Assembly (NCBI GenBank): GCA_947598155.1
Contig: CANQFC010000005.1
Location: 81,115-145,114, forward strand
DNA length: 64,000 nucleotides
Reading direction: 5' to 3'
Source: an uncultured Clostridia bacterium
GTDB taxonomy: Bacteria; Bacillota; Clostridia; Oscillospirales; Acutalibacteraceae
The notes below the pieces were generated by a model. It was not told where the DNA came from. It saw nothing but the letters and a program-made list of their open reading frames with translations, and made no database searches. This document shows positions 46,593 through 56,970 of this stretch, one piece after another. The translations under genes were made by a program, and so were the position numbers. Each line of letters starts with the position of its first letter. Position 1 is the stretch's first letter.

Positions 46593-47297
46593 GTGAGGAA
46601 TGTGAAAATTGTAATATGCGATGACGACAAAGTAAATCTTAATCAGGTAAAACTTCACATTGAGGAATATATGAAAGAGCATTATATTGATGCGGATTTC
46701 TTTTCCACAACATCGCCGAAAAAAATCTTAGATTGCGGCGAGGCGTTTGACATAGCGTTCCTTGACATTCAGATGCCTGAAATTGACGGTATCACGTTGG
46801 CGAGGGAATTAAAAAAACGCAACAGGAAAACTATCCTGTTTTTCGTCACGGCGTTCGGGGATTATCAGGACGATGCTATGAATCTTAACATCTTCAGGTT
46901 TTTTGTAAAGCCGTTTAATATTGAGCGTCTTTATTCCGGGCTTGACAAGGCGATTGCATATCTTGACCAATCGTATATTGACATATACCTTGAGGAAGAG
47001 AGCAGATACATTAAACTTCCCGTTGACAGTATTAAATATATTCGGCGGGAAAACAGGAGAAACGCTGTTTTTACCGTCAACGGAAATTACAATGTAAGCG
47101 GCGACTTCCACGAGCTTATTGATAGGCTCCCGAACACGTTTTTCTATCTGGTTCACAAGTCGTTTTATGTAAATTTGCATTACATTACGGAGTACAACTA
47201 TAAGGAACTGCACATTGACAGCGTAAGAATTGCAATAGCCACAAGAAAGCAGGCGGATTTTCACAAACATTGGTTTGAATATGTTAAAAGTTGTTAG
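46593..47297 (+). CDS. agrA: LytTR-family response regulator (AgrA-like)
   Basis: Receiver IVICDDD and FLDIQMPEIDG, plus LytTR region LPNTFFYLVHKSFYVNLHYI. Start uncertain (GTG 46593 or GTG 46602). Confidence 0.8.
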   Translation: MRNVKIVICDDDKVNLNQVKLHIEEYMKEHYIDADFFSTTSPKKILDCGEAFDIAFLDIQMPEIDGITLARELKKRNRKTILFFVTAFGDYQDDAMNLNIFRFFVKPFNIERLYSGLDKAIAYLDQSYIDIYLEEESRYIKLPVDSIKYIRRENRRNAVFTVNGNYNVSGDFHELIDRLPNTFFYLVHKSFYVNLHYITEYNYKELHIDSVRIAIATRKQADFHKHWFEYVKSC

Positions 47298-47333
47298 CGC
47301 AAAAATTAGAAGTGTGGGGTGCAAAGCGGTTAT

Positions 47334-48614
47334 ATGGCAAATAACATCGCTATTTTTGTAACATATTTTCTTGAAATGCTTATGGCATACATATTTTTTC
47401 TTCAAATAGGCGAGAAAAAGCGCGGCTTTTGGCAATGTTGCTTAATCGGAACGGCAGTTTTCTTAATCGGCGCGTTGGGGGATATTGTCTTTAACAGCAC
47501 CGTTTGGATAAACGCCGTTACGTTTATATTGATACATTTTGCTTTTGCGTATTTTTGCTTTGAAATAAAATATTCAAGGGTTATATTTTATGCGATAATC
47601 CTCGATATTTTTTCCGCCGCGACGGAAATTATCGCAATTTTTATAATATCTGTTGTTACAAATACCGAGATAACGGCGTACACCAGCAGTATAAACTTTT
47701 TAATAATTGACGCCGCCATAAGCAAAACGCTGTATTTCTTAACATGCTTGATACTTTCTTCTTTGGTAAAAAAGGATAAAATCAACGTGCGAATACCCGT
47801 TTCGCTGTATTTTTACCCCATTGTTGTCGTATTTACATTTATTGTACTGTGGGGAATCTGCGCAAATTACAATTTGAGCGGCGCGTATAAAATTCTGATT
47901 TCATCGGCGAGCGCGTTGCTGTTTTTCTCAACCATAACGCTTTTTATTGTCTATCAGCGGAACGTAGATAAAGAAAACAGATATTTAATCCTTGAAAACG
48001 AGATAAGAAAAGAAAAAACGGATAAAAACTATTACAGTATCCTTGAGCACCAGAACAAGGAGCTTATGCTTTACGCTCATGACGCAAAAAATCACCTTAA
48101 TGCGATAAAGGCGTTAAATAAAAATGAGCAGATAGACGAATATTTAACTCAAATGACAAACGAGTTACAGCAGTACAGCAACACTTGTCACAGCGGGAAC
48201 CGCACTCTTGATGTAATAATAAGTAAGTATGCTACGGAGTGTGAAGTGAAAAATATCCGCTTTGATTTCAGCGTCGAAATGTCGAATTTGAGTCAGGTGA
48301 ACGATTACGATTTGGTAACGATTTTGAGTAACATTCTTGACAACGCGGTTGAGGCGGCGGAGGAAAGCGATGAAAAATTTATAACGCTGACTACGAATAA
48401 GGTAAATACTTATGAGTCTGTCGTTGTCTCTAACAGCTGTGTTTCTCCGCCAAATGTTGCAGACGGAAGGTTAAAGACGACGAAGGGCGACTCTCAGCGC
48501 CACGGCTTTGGGTTAAAAAGCGTTATAAAGGTTCTCAAAAAATACAACGGCGACTTGGACTGGGAATATGACGAAGAGGCGAGAGAATTTTCTGTAACGA
48601 TGATATTAAAATAG
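47334..48614 (+). CDS. agrC: AgrC-like membrane sensor histidine kinase
   Basis: Hydrophobic N-terminal half. H-box LYAHDAKNHLNAI, N-box LSNILDNAVEAAE, G-box RHGFGLKSVIKVLKKYNG. Start aligned to the paralog MAYITII / MANNIAIF. Confidence 0.8.
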   Translation: MANNIAIFVTYFLEMLMAYIFFLQIGEKKRGFWQCCLIGTAVFLIGALGDIVFNSTVWINAVTFILIHFAFAYFCFEIKYSRVIFYAIILDIFSAATEIIAIFIISVVTNTEITAYTSSINFLIIDAAISKTLYFLTCLILSSLVKKDKINVRIPVSLYFYPIVVVFTFIVLWGICANYNLSGAYKILISSASALLFFSTITLFIVYQRNVDKENRYLILENEIRKEKTDKNYYSILEHQNKELMLYAHDAKNHLNAIKALNKNEQIDEYLTQMTNELQQYSNTCHSGNRTLDVIISKYATECEVKNIRFDFSVEMSNLSQVNDYDLVTILSNILDNAVEAAEESDEKFITLTTNKVNTYESVVVSNSCVSPPNVADGRLKTTKGDSQRHGFGLKSVIKVLKKYNGDLDWEYDEEAREFSVTMILK

Positions 48615-48728
48615 GGTTAAAAATCGCCGTAGAAGAAAATTATCTAAAAAAACCCTCAATATCTTTTGTTAAAAAGCGACCCTCTCTGCGCCGACAAGCG
48701 CCTGGAGGGTTTTAGTTAAAATATACCG

Positions 48729-48780
48729 TTTTTAATGACGGGCAAGCCCCTTATTGAGCGACGGGCGCGCCGCTTATTAA
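48729..48780 (+). repeat. partial copy (3' end, doubled) of the dispersed repeat
   Basis: TTTAATGACGGGCAAGCCCCTTATTGAG followed by CGACGGGCGCGCCGCTTATTAAA. Confidence 0.6.
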
Positions 48781-48943
48781 AAATCGGTTGATATTATTGT
48801 TCTTATGTTATATAATTAAGGCGGTTAAGGCGAGGGGAGATGAACACACGCCTTAAATAAAAATACAGGAAAGGAACGGTACGGCGTACATAAGCGGATT
48901 TCACAAGCCGCTTGCAGTAACCGCATACCGAAAAGGATTTATT

Positions 48944-50107
48944 ATGTCAGTATTTGTAAATGAAGACGGGAGCAATCCTTATTTCCCCGAAATAAAAAAG
49001 AATTTCGGATTTGGCTGTATGCGTCTTCCTATGAAAATGAAGGTCAAGGTGGATTACGGCGAATTTTGTAAAATGATTGATGCGTTTATGGAGGCGGGTT
49101 TTAATTATTTTGATACCGCGCACGGGTACGTTGCAACGCAGAGCGAAACAAGTATCCGCGACTGCTTAACAAAGCGTTACCCACGCGAATCGTTTGTCCT
49201 GGCGAACAAATTGTCGTCTAATTTATTTAAAACCGAGTCCGATATACGTCCGTTTTTTGAAAAACAGTTAAAATATTGCGGAGTCGATTATTTTGACTTT
49301 TACCTTATGCACGCTCAAAGCAGTGAGAATTACCCCAAATATAAGAACGCCAACGCTTACAATGTGGCTCTTGAGCTTAAAAAAGAGGGTAAAATCCGCC
49401 ACGTAGGCATATCTTTTCACGATAAAGCGGATGTGCTTGATATGATTTTGAATGAAAATCCGGCTCTTGAGGTCGTTCAGTTACAGTTTAACTACCGCGA
49501 TTATGATGACGCGGGCGTTCAGAGCCGTGAATGTCTTGAAGTCTGCCGAAAGCATAAAAAGCCCGTTATAGTTATGGAACCCGTTAAAGGCGGAGCTCTT
49601 GTAAATCTGCCGGACAGCGCAAAGGAAATTTTCGATTCTCTTAGCACGGGTAAAAGTTATGCCTCATACGCGCTTAGATTCGCCGCGGGCTTTGACGGGA
49701 TTTGTATGGTGTTATCCGGTATGAGCAATATGAATCAAATGAACGACAATCTCTCGTTTATGACGGATTTTGAGCCGTTAAACAACGCCGAGGCCGAGGC
49801 TGTGCAAAAGGTAAGCGCCATTCTTAAAAACAGTGATATTATTCAGTGTACGGCCTGCCGTTACTGTACTGCCGGCTGTCCTAAAAACATAAATATTCCT
49901 GAGCTTTTTGCCTGCCTTAACGCGAAAAAGCAGGACAAGGGGCTTATAAAATGGAATTCTCGTCAATATTACAACGCCCACGTTAAAAACTCGGGCAGAG
50001 CCAAGGAGTGCATAGCCTGCGGAAAATGCGAAAGCGTTTGTCCGCAGCAGTTACCGATACGCAGCCTGCTTAAAGAGGTATCAAAGGAATTCGACAGAAT
50101 TATATGA
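48944..50107 (+). CDS. aldo/keto reductase with C-terminal 4Fe-4S ferredoxin-type domain
   Basis: AKR pattern FGCMRLP...FDTAHGY...NKL, and two Cys clusters CTACRYCTAGCP and CIACGKCESVCP. Confidence 0.8.
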   Translation: MSVFVNEDGSNPYFPEIKKNFGFGCMRLPMKMKVKVDYGEFCKMIDAFMEAGFNYFDTAHGYVATQSETSIRDCLTKRYPRESFVLANKLSSNLFKTESDIRPFFEKQLKYCGVDYFDFYLMHAQSSENYPKYKNANAYNVALELKKEGKIRHVGISFHDKADVLDMILNENPALEVVQLQFNYRDYDDAGVQSRECLEVCRKHKKPVIVMEPVKGGALVNLPDSAKEIFDSLSTGKSYASYALRFAAGFDGICMVLSGMSNMNQMNDNLSFMTDFEPLNNAEAEAVQKVSAILKNSDIIQCTACRYCTAGCPKNINIPELFACLNAKKQDKGLIKWNSRQYYNAHVKNSGRAKECIACGKCESVCPQQLPIRSLLKEVSKEFDRII

Positions 50108-50123
50108 CAAGGAAGCGGTATTT

Positions 50124-50714
50124 TTGAAAAAGAAAAATACTCAAAACACAAAAAAGAAAATTGTTTCGGCCGCTTGGAAGCTCTTTTATGAGCAGGGGTA
50201 CAACGGTACGACGATTGACGATATTGTGTCGGAATCGGGCACATCAAAGGGTTCGTTTTACCACTATTTTTCTTGTAAGGACGATTTGCTCTCATCGCTC
50301 GCGTATCTTTTCGATGAAAAATACGAAGAACTGCGCGATGTAATGCCTGACCAGATGTCAAGCGTTCAAAAAATGCTTTTTCTCAACAAAGAGCTTTTCA
50401 GAATGATTGACAACAGTATTTCAATTGACCTTTTGACCCAGCTTTTATCCTCCCAGCTCATCACAAAAAACGAGAAAAGCTTACTCGACCGCAACAGAAC
50501 ATATTTCAGGCTTTTAAGGCAAATCGTTACGGACGGTCAAAAAAAAGGAGAAATTTCCGATAAAAATTCTGTGAACGACATTGTCAAGGCTTATGCGCTG
50601 TATGAGCGCGCGTTGCTGTATGACTGGTGCCTTTGCAACGGCGAATACTCGCTTTCCGATTACAGCTCCAAAATGCTGCCGATGTTTTTGAACGGGTATT
50701 TGTCAGGCGGATAA
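50124..50714 (+). CDS. TetR/AcrR-family transcriptional regulator
   Basis: KKKIVSAAWKLFYEQGYNGTTIDDIVSESGTSKGSFYHYF. Confidence 0.85.
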   Translation: MKKKNTQNTKKKIVSAAWKLFYEQGYNGTTIDDIVSESGTSKGSFYHYFSCKDDLLSSLAYLFDEKYEELRDVMPDQMSSVQKMLFLNKELFRMIDNSISIDLLTQLLSSQLITKNEKSLLDRNRTYFRLLRQIVTDGQKKGEISDKNSVNDIVKAYALYERALLYDWCLCNGEYSLSDYSSKMLPMFLNGYLSGG

Positions 50715-50839
50715 GCGCGGCAACGCGAAAATGCTGTTAACGGTTATTAAAACGCCTAATTTGCAATAAAATGAATATTTTTACAATCGCTCCCTATGCG
50801 CCCGCCGCATGGGGAGTTGACGCTTTTTTAGCCGATTTG

Positions 50840-50905
50840 CCATATTTTCAGTACGGAACCTGCCCCGCCGCTTATATAGGCGGGGGGACGTCTCTTGCCT
50901 AAGTT
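50840..50905 (-). repeat. copy of the 5' half of the dispersed repeat, reverse orientation (may extend to ~50761)
   Basis: GGAACCTGCCCCGCCGCTTATATAGGCGGGGGGACGTCTCTTGCCTAAG. Confidence 0.6.
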
Positions 50906-51237
50906 ATACGCGTGTATATCATTATGTATTAAAATTTTCGTAAAGCGCTTTGTAATTTTATGCATTTTTTATTCGTTTTTTCTTTACAAATATACATAAA
51001 TAATGTATAATACTATTGATTTGCCGAGCACTTTATACTGCTTTCGGTTAAAAAAATTCGGTTTTGTATATTTTTCATAAAATATATACCGTTTTTTACT
51101 TCAAAATCGACTGAATACGTATTGACTTTAGCAAGGTAAAGTGTTAACATACTAAAGCGTAAAATATGTCTGAGTATTTTAAAAAAAGAAAGGAACGGTA
51201 CGAACACAAAAAGGGAAGTTTTATTTACGTTATATAA

Positions 51238-51369
51238 CGCGGGGCAAGGCGTCCCGCCTATATAGACGGCGGGTTCGGCTCGGAATAGGGAGGGGATTTG
51301 CCCCTTTGATTTCTCCAATCGGCTGTTGCCGCACCTTGACACCGCTTGGCGGGAAGACCCCTTATTGAA
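51238..51369 (+). repeat. dispersed structured intergenic repeat, full-length copy immediately upstream of the TrpR-like gene
   Basis: Runs from CGCGGGGCAAGGCGTCCCGCCTATATAGACGGCGGG to ...GGCGGGAAGACCCCTTATTGAA. Confidence 0.7.
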
Positions 51370-51391
51370 TTTCGTACCGCGGGGATTTTTT

Positions 51392-51688
51392 ATGAACTTT
51401 CATTCGGATTCGGTTGACAGGTTGTTCCAAACTTTTTTAAATCTTGAAACAATAGAGGATTGTTACGTTTATTTTGAGGACCTTTGCACTATTAAGGAAA
51501 TTCGCGATATGGCTCAGCGGCTTGACGCGGCGATTCTTCTAAAAAACGGCATGAGCTATCAGAAAATCAGCGACACGCTGGACATCAGCACCGCGACGAT
51601 AGGCAAGGTAAGCAAATGCCTTAATTACGGCAGCGGCGGGTACGCGGCCGCGATAAATAAATTGAATAAAGAGGATATAAATAAATGA
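51392..51688 (+). CDS. TrpR-related YerC/YecD-family DNA-binding protein, candidate his operon regulator
   Basis: The pattern DCYVYFEDLCTIKEIRDMAQRLDAAILLKNGMSYQKISDTLDISTATIGKVSKCLNYGSGGY is typical of YerC/YecD. The ATGA overlaps hisZ. Start moved to the ATG outside the repeat. Confidence 0.7.
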   Translation: MNFHSDSVDRLFQTFLNLETIEDCYVYFEDLCTIKEIRDMAQRLDAAILLKNGMSYQKISDTLDISTATIGKVSKCLNYGSGGYAAAINKLNKEDINK

Positions 51689-52803
51689 ATTCAGCGCAGC
51701 TGCTCCCAAGCGAAAATTTGGTCTTTCTGCTTCGCGGGCTTTATGATAAATACGGTTATTTACGCTATAAGATGAATAAATTTGAGGAATATGACCTTTA
51801 CGCCAAAAATAAGGATTTTCTTATTTCCGACAGCGTAATAACATTTACAGACACAAACGGTAAGCTTTTGGCTTTAAAACCCGACGTGACACTTTCAATA
51901 GTGAAGAATACGAAGGATTCGGGCAAAACGGTTCAAAAGCTTTATTATAACGAAAACGTTTACCGCGTTTCAAAGGGTACTCATTCATTTAAAGAAATAA
52001 CGCAGGTGGGGCTTGAGGCTATCGGCAGCATTGACGAATACACCGTTCTTGAGGTTATATCTCTCGCGTTAAAAAGCCTTGCCTGCACAGGAAAAAACTG
52101 TATTTTGGAAATATCGCATTTGGGAATACTTTCGGATGTAATAAATTACGCGGGAATACCTCAGGGCGAAATTGAAAAAGCGTTCCGTTTTATCGGAGAA
52201 AAAAATATACATGAGCTGCTTTCTTTCTGCGATGCGCTCGGAATTGAAAAAACAAAGGCGGATTTACTCGCGGACGCGGCAAAAGTTTACGGCTCCGCAG
52301 GCGATGTTTTGCCTTGGATACGGAAAAATCTTAAAGGTATTGCCGACGATAAAAATATAGACGAATTTGAAAAAGTTATAAAAGCCTTGTGTATTGAAGA
52401 AAACGGCGGCGCAGTAAGAATTGATTTTTCAGCCGTCGGCGATTTGCGCTATTACAACGGATTTGTGTTTAAAGGCTTTGCCGAGGGGATTCCCGAAAGC
52501 GTGCTTTCAGGCGGGCAGTATGACGCTCTTATGAAAAATATGAAGAGAAAATCAGGGGCGATAGGCTTTGCGGTTTATCTTGACGCCCTTGAAAATACGT
52601 CTACCGTTTCCGAATACGATGTAGACGTGCTATTGCTCTATTCCGAAAAATCGGATATTTCATTTATTAAAAGAACGGCCGACGAGATAATATCCAACGG
52701 GGAAAGCGTTTTAACGCAGAGAGAAAAGCCGTGTACGGTTAAATACAAAAGGCTTTTGGCGGAAAAAGACGGAGAGGTGATTTGCGTTGAAAACAATGCT
52801 TAA
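51685..52803 (+). CDS. hisZ: ATP phosphoribosyltransferase regulatory subunit
   Basis: HisRS-like paralog lacking the anticodon-binding domain, directly upstream of a short-form hisG. Confidence 0.8.
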   Translation: MNSAQLLPSENLVFLLRGLYDKYGYLRYKMNKFEEYDLYAKNKDFLISDSVITFTDTNGKLLALKPDVTLSIVKNTKDSGKTVQKLYYNENVYRVSKGTHSFKEITQVGLEAIGSIDEYTVLEVISLALKSLACTGKNCILEISHLGILSDVINYAGIPQGEIEKAFRFIGEKNIHELLSFCDALGIEKTKADLLADAAKVYGSAGDVLPWIRKNLKGIADDKNIDEFEKVIKALCIEENGGAVRIDFSAVGDLRYYNGFVFKGFAEGIPESVLSGGQYDALMKNMKRKSGAIGFAVYLDALENTSTVSEYDVDVLLLYSEKSDISFIKRTADEIISNGESVLTQREKPCTVKYKRLLAEKDGEVICVENNA

Positions 52804-53425
52804 CGTTGCCCTTCCGAAAGGCAGGCTCGGGGAACAGGTATATTCAATGTTTGAAAAAGCAGGTTATCCCTGCCCCTCTATTAAAGAGAACAACAGAAAG
52901 CTGATATTTGAAAATCCGTCTGCGGGAGTTCGCTATTTCTGGGTAAAGCCATCTGACGTCGCAATTTATGTTGAAAGGGGCGCGGCGGACGTCGGCGTAG
53001 CGGGCAAAGATATTTTGCTTGAGTATGAGCCCGACGTTTACGAGCTTGCCGACCTTAAAATCGGCAAATGCGTTATGGCAGTCGCGGCTAAAAAGGATTT
53101 TCGCGACGACAGGGGCAGAACGCTGAAGGTCGCCACAAAATTTTCAAATATCGCTGAGAATTACTACCGCTCGAAGGGGCGGGATATTGACATTATCCAT
53201 TTAAACGGCTCAATTGAAATTGCCCCCATTTTAGGGCTTTCCGACGTAATAGTCGATATTGTCGAAACAGGTAAAACGCTTAAAGAGAACGACCTTACCG
53301 TATTTGACTCGGTAGTTCCCATAAGCGCAAGGCTCATTTCAAACAAGGCAAGCTATAAATTTAAGAGCGCTGAAATCGACAGGCTCGCTCAAAAAATCGC
53401 GGAGCAGACGGAGGAACGGTTATGA
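52787..53425 (+). CDS. hisG: ATP phosphoribosyltransferase (short form)
   Basis: LNVALPKGRL...DIVETGKTLKEN; 212 aa. Confidence 0.9.
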   Translation: MKTMLNVALPKGRLGEQVYSMFEKAGYPCPSIKENNRKLIFENPSAGVRYFWVKPSDVAIYVERGAADVGVAGKDILLEYEPDVYELADLKIGKCVMAVAAKKDFRDDRGRTLKVATKFSNIAENYYRSKGRDIDIIHLNGSIEIAPILGLSDVIVDIVETGKTLKENDLTVFDSVVPISARLISNKASYKFKSAEIDRLAQKIAEQTEERL

Positions 53426-54705
53426 TTAAAATTATGAAATACAGCGAGGTAAAAAACAGCGAGATTTTTGCCCGTGCCATACCTTCGGTAAATGTGACCG
53501 ATATTGTCGCCGAAATAATTGAAAACGTCAGAAAAAACGGCGATAAAGCGCTTTTTGAATACAATAAAAAGTTTGATAAAGCCGACCTGACAGAGCTTTT
53601 GGTGACCGAAGACGAGATAAATGAGGCTATATCTTCGGTAGAACCTAAATTTATTGAAATTCTGGAAAAAGCGGCAAAAAACATCAGAAAATTTCACGAA
53701 AAACAGGTTAGAACCAGTTTTATTATAAACGACGAAGACGGCATAGTAATGGGGCAGAAGATAATTCCCGTTGACAAAGCGGGTCTTTATGTTCCCGGCG
53801 GCACGGCGGCATATCCGTCAACTGTTTTAATGGATTCAATTCCTGCGAAGATAGCCGGCTGTAAAGAGGTCGTTATTGTAACTCCCCCCGGGGCAGACGG
53901 CAAAATCAGCCCCGTAATTTTAGCGGCGGCTAAAATCGCAGGCGTTGATAAAATTGTAAAGGTGGGCGGCGCGCAGGCGATTGCCGCATTGGCTTACGGA
54001 ACCGAATCCGTTCCGAAGGTGGACAAAATAGTGGGTCCGGGCAACGCGTTTGTCGCCGAAGCAAAAAAACAGGTCTTTGGCGTTGTTTCGATTGATATGA
54101 TAGCGGGGCCGAGTGAAATTTTAATTGTTGCCGACAAATTCAATAGTCCAAAGCATTTGGCGGCGGACCTGCTCTCTCAGGCGGAGCACGACAAAATGGC
54201 CAGCGCCGTTTTGGTGACCGACAGCGATGAATTGGCGAGGAATGTTGCCGATGAAATTGAAAATCAACTGCCGCTTCTTGCGAGAGAGGAAATCGCGAGA
54301 GAATCAATAGACACAAACGGTAAAATTATTGTTGCCGACAGTCTTGAAAAAGTGTTTGAAATTGCGAATGAAATTGCGCCGGAGCATTTGGAGCTTTGCG
54401 TTGAAAATCCCTTTGACCGGCTTGACAAAATCCGCCACGCGGGCTCGGTCTTTATGGGCAAAAACTGCCCCGAAGCATTGGGCGATTATTTTGCGGGGCC
54501 TAACCATACTCTTCCGACGGGCGGAACGGCAAAGTTTTCAAGCCCTCTTTCCGTTGACGATTTCATTAAAAAGACGCAGTACACTTATTATACAAAAGAC
54601 GCTCTTGCGCGGGTAGCCGGAGATGTGGCGTATTTTGCGGAGAAGGAAGGGCTTACCGCCCACGCTAAAAGCGCGTTAATACGCACCGGGGAGGGAGATT
54701 TTTGA
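53422..54705 (+). CDS. hisD: histidinol dehydrogenase
   Basis: YVPGGTAAYPSTVLM, GPGNAFVAEAK and SQAEHD motifs. Confidence 0.9.
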   Translation: MIKIMKYSEVKNSEIFARAIPSVNVTDIVAEIIENVRKNGDKALFEYNKKFDKADLTELLVTEDEINEAISSVEPKFIEILEKAAKNIRKFHEKQVRTSFIINDEDGIVMGQKIIPVDKAGLYVPGGTAAYPSTVLMDSIPAKIAGCKEVVIVTPPGADGKISPVILAAAKIAGVDKIVKVGGAQAIAALAYGTESVPKVDKIVGPGNAFVAEAKKQVFGVVSIDMIAGPSEILIVADKFNSPKHLAADLLSQAEHDKMASAVLVTDSDELARNVADEIENQLPLLAREEIARESIDTNGKIIVADSLEKVFEIANEIAPEHLELCVENPFDRLDKIRHAGSVFMGKNCPEALGDYFAGPNHTLPTGGTAKFSSPLSVDDFIKKTQYTYYTKDALARVAGDVAYFAEKEGLTAHAKSALIRTGEGDF

Positions 54706-55766
54706 GCCGTTTTTTCAGCGAAAAATATAATTCGCTTGTGCCGTACACTCCGGGTGAACAGCCAAAGAATACGGAATATGTAAAGCTCAATACAAATGAA
54801 TCCCCGTTTCCTCCGTCGCCTAAGGCAGTATCTCTCGCTCAAAAAGAAGCGGAAAAATTGGAGCTTTATTCAGACCCTGAGTGCCGCGACCTTGTGAAAA
54901 CGGCCGCGGAATATTTCGGAGTTTCGGAAAATGAGATACTTTTTACAAACGGCAGTGATGAAATTTTAAACTTTGCGTTTTCGGCGTTTTGCGATGAAAC
55001 CCATACGGCGGTATTCCCCGACATTACATACGGGTTTTACCCTGTTTTTGCCGAGTTTAACGGCATACCTTATGAGGAAATACCGCTTGAAAACGATTTC
55101 ACGGTAAATACGGACGCGTTTTGCGGCGTGAATAAAACGGTGTTTATCGCAAATCCTAACGCCCCTACGGGTATAGCGCTGCCGCTTGACGATATTGAGA
55201 AAATAATAAAAAGCAATCCGCAAAGCGTAGTTGTAGTGGACGAGGCTTATGTGGATTTCGGCGCGGAAAGCGCGGTAAGTCTTGTACACAAATATGACAA
55301 CTTGCTTGTAACGGGAACTTTTTCAAAATCACGCTCCTTAGCCGGCGGAAGGCTTGGATTCGGAATAGCAAACAAAGAGCTTATAAGGGATCTTAATACG
55401 GTAAAGTATTCCACAAACCCCTATAACGTAAACAGGATGACTATGGCTGCCGGCATAGGCGCTCTTAAAGATAACGCATATTTTGAAAAGAATTGCGGGG
55501 AAATTAAAAAAGTGCGCGAATATACGGCGTCACAGCTCAAGGCTATGGGCTTTACATTAACGCCCTCATCGGCAAATTTCATTTTTGCCGCCTCGGATAA
55601 AATTGACGGTAAAACGTTTTATTTAAAGCTAAAGGAAAAGGGAATCCTTATCCGCCATTTTGACAAAGAGCGTATTCAAAGCTATAACAGAATAACGGTA
55701 GGCACAAAAGAGCAGATGGACTTGTTCCTCAGCGCCGTTAAAGAAATTTTAAAGGAGCAAATATGA
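54702..55766 (+). CDS. hisC: histidinol-phosphate aminotransferase
   Basis: KLNTNESPFPPSP, NPNAPTG and TFSKSRSLAGGRLG motifs. Confidence 0.9.
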   Translation: MSRFFSEKYNSLVPYTPGEQPKNTEYVKLNTNESPFPPSPKAVSLAQKEAEKLELYSDPECRDLVKTAAEYFGVSENEILFTNGSDEILNFAFSAFCDETHTAVFPDITYGFYPVFAEFNGIPYEEIPLENDFTVNTDAFCGVNKTVFIANPNAPTGIALPLDDIEKIIKSNPQSVVVVDEAYVDFGAESAVSLVHKYDNLLVTGTFSKSRSLAGGRLGFGIANKELIRDLNTVKYSTNPYNVNRMTMAAGIGALKDNAYFEKNCGEIKKVREYTASQLKAMGFTLTPSSANFIFAASDKIDGKTFYLKLKEKGILIRHFDKERIQSYNRITVGTKEQMDLFLSAVKEILKEQI

Positions 55767-56350
55767 GAACGTCGGCAATAGAAAGAAATACTGCGGAAAC
55801 AAAAATTAAACTTTCGCTGAACCTTGACGGAACGGGTAAAAGCGCTGTAAATTCAGGCTGCGGATTCCTTGACCATATGTTAACTCTCTTTGCGCGCCAC
55901 GGAAGATTTGACCTTACGGTTGAATGCGACGGGGACACGCAGGTGGATTATCATCACACTACGGAGGATATAGGAATAACGCTCGGAGCGGCGTTTTCGG
56001 AAGCTCTGGGTGATAAAAGAGGAATTGAGCGTTACGGCAGCGTTGTTTTGCCTATGGACGAAGCGTTGATTTTAACGTCGGTTGACCTTTCAGGCAGAGC
56101 ATATCTCGGCTTTGATTTAAACATTCCCGCCGAAAAGGTCGGCGGATTTGACACGGAGCTTGTAAAGGAATTTTGGCTCGGATTTATTCGCGCGTCTGAG
56201 TGTACTTTGCACATTAAACAGTTTTCGGGAGAAAATTCACATCATATAATTGAGGGCGCGTTTAAATCAGCCGCGAGGAGCCTTTCTAAAGCGGTTAAGA
56301 TAAATTCGGATTATAAGGATGAAATTCCGTCAACAAAAGGAGTTCTTTGA
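55763..56350 (+). CDS. hisB: imidazoleglycerol-phosphate dehydratase
   Basis: RNTAETKI...GFLDHML...DYHHTTEDIGI...NSHHIIEG. Confidence 0.9.
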   Translation: MRTSAIERNTAETKIKLSLNLDGTGKSAVNSGCGFLDHMLTLFARHGRFDLTVECDGDTQVDYHHTTEDIGITLGAAFSEALGDKRGIERYGSVVLPMDEALILTSVDLSGRAYLGFDLNIPAEKVGGFDTELVKEFWLGFIRASECTLHIKQFSGENSHHIIEGAFKSAARSLSKAVKINSDYKDEIPSTKGVL

Positions 56351-56970
56351 TGATAGCGATTGCAGATTACGGAGTGGGTAATCTTTTTTCACTGAAAAGC
56401 TCGTTTTCGGCAATAGGAGCAAATGTATTGGTTACAGGCGACGCGGCCGATTTGGAAAAAGCCGATAATATCGTTCTTCCGGGCGTCGGCGCATTTAAAG
56501 ACGCATCAAAAAAGCTGTTTGATTCGGGGCTTGGGCAGGCGTTGATAAACGAAGCGGCAAAGGGTAAACCGATTATGGGTATTTGTCTTGGTATGCAGCT
56601 CCTTTTTGATAAGAGCTTTGAATACGGCGAACACAAGGGCTTGGGCCTTATTCACGGAAGCGTAAGACCTATTTCTGACGTTATCCCGAATGACCTTAAA
56701 ATACCGCATATCGGCTGGAACGCTCTTGATTTAAAAAAAGAAAGCCCAATTAACAAGTACATAAACGACGGAGATTTCGTTTATTTCGTTCATTCATTTT
56801 ATGCCGCCGGCTGTGACGAATTTACCGTGGCAACCGCTGAATACGGCGCACCGCTGACGGCAACGGTTCAAAATAAAAATGTGTTCGGATGCCAATTCCA
56901 CCCTGAAAAGAGCGGAAAAACAGGGCTTAACATTCTCCGCGCGTTCGCTGAAACGGGGGCAAACCTATGA
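56350..56970 (+). CDS. hisH: imidazole glycerol phosphate synthase, glutaminase subunit
   Basis: IADYGVGNL, GICLGMQLL and QFHPEKSG motifs. Confidence 0.9.
   Translation: MIAIADYGVGNLFSLKSSFSAIGANVLVTGDAADLEKADNIVLPGVGAFKDASKKLFDSGLGQALINEAAKGKPIMGICLGMQLLFDKSFEYGEHKGLGLIHGSVRPISDVIPNDLKIPHIGWNALDLKKESPINKYINDGDFVYFVHSFYAAGCDEFTVATAEYGAPLTATVQNKNVFGCQFHPEKSGKTGLNILRAFAETGANL

Noticed and set aside
46809-47435. 208-aa minus-strand ORF
   Set aside because: It is antisense to the LytTR regulator gene and the start of the kinase gene, and has no motifs.
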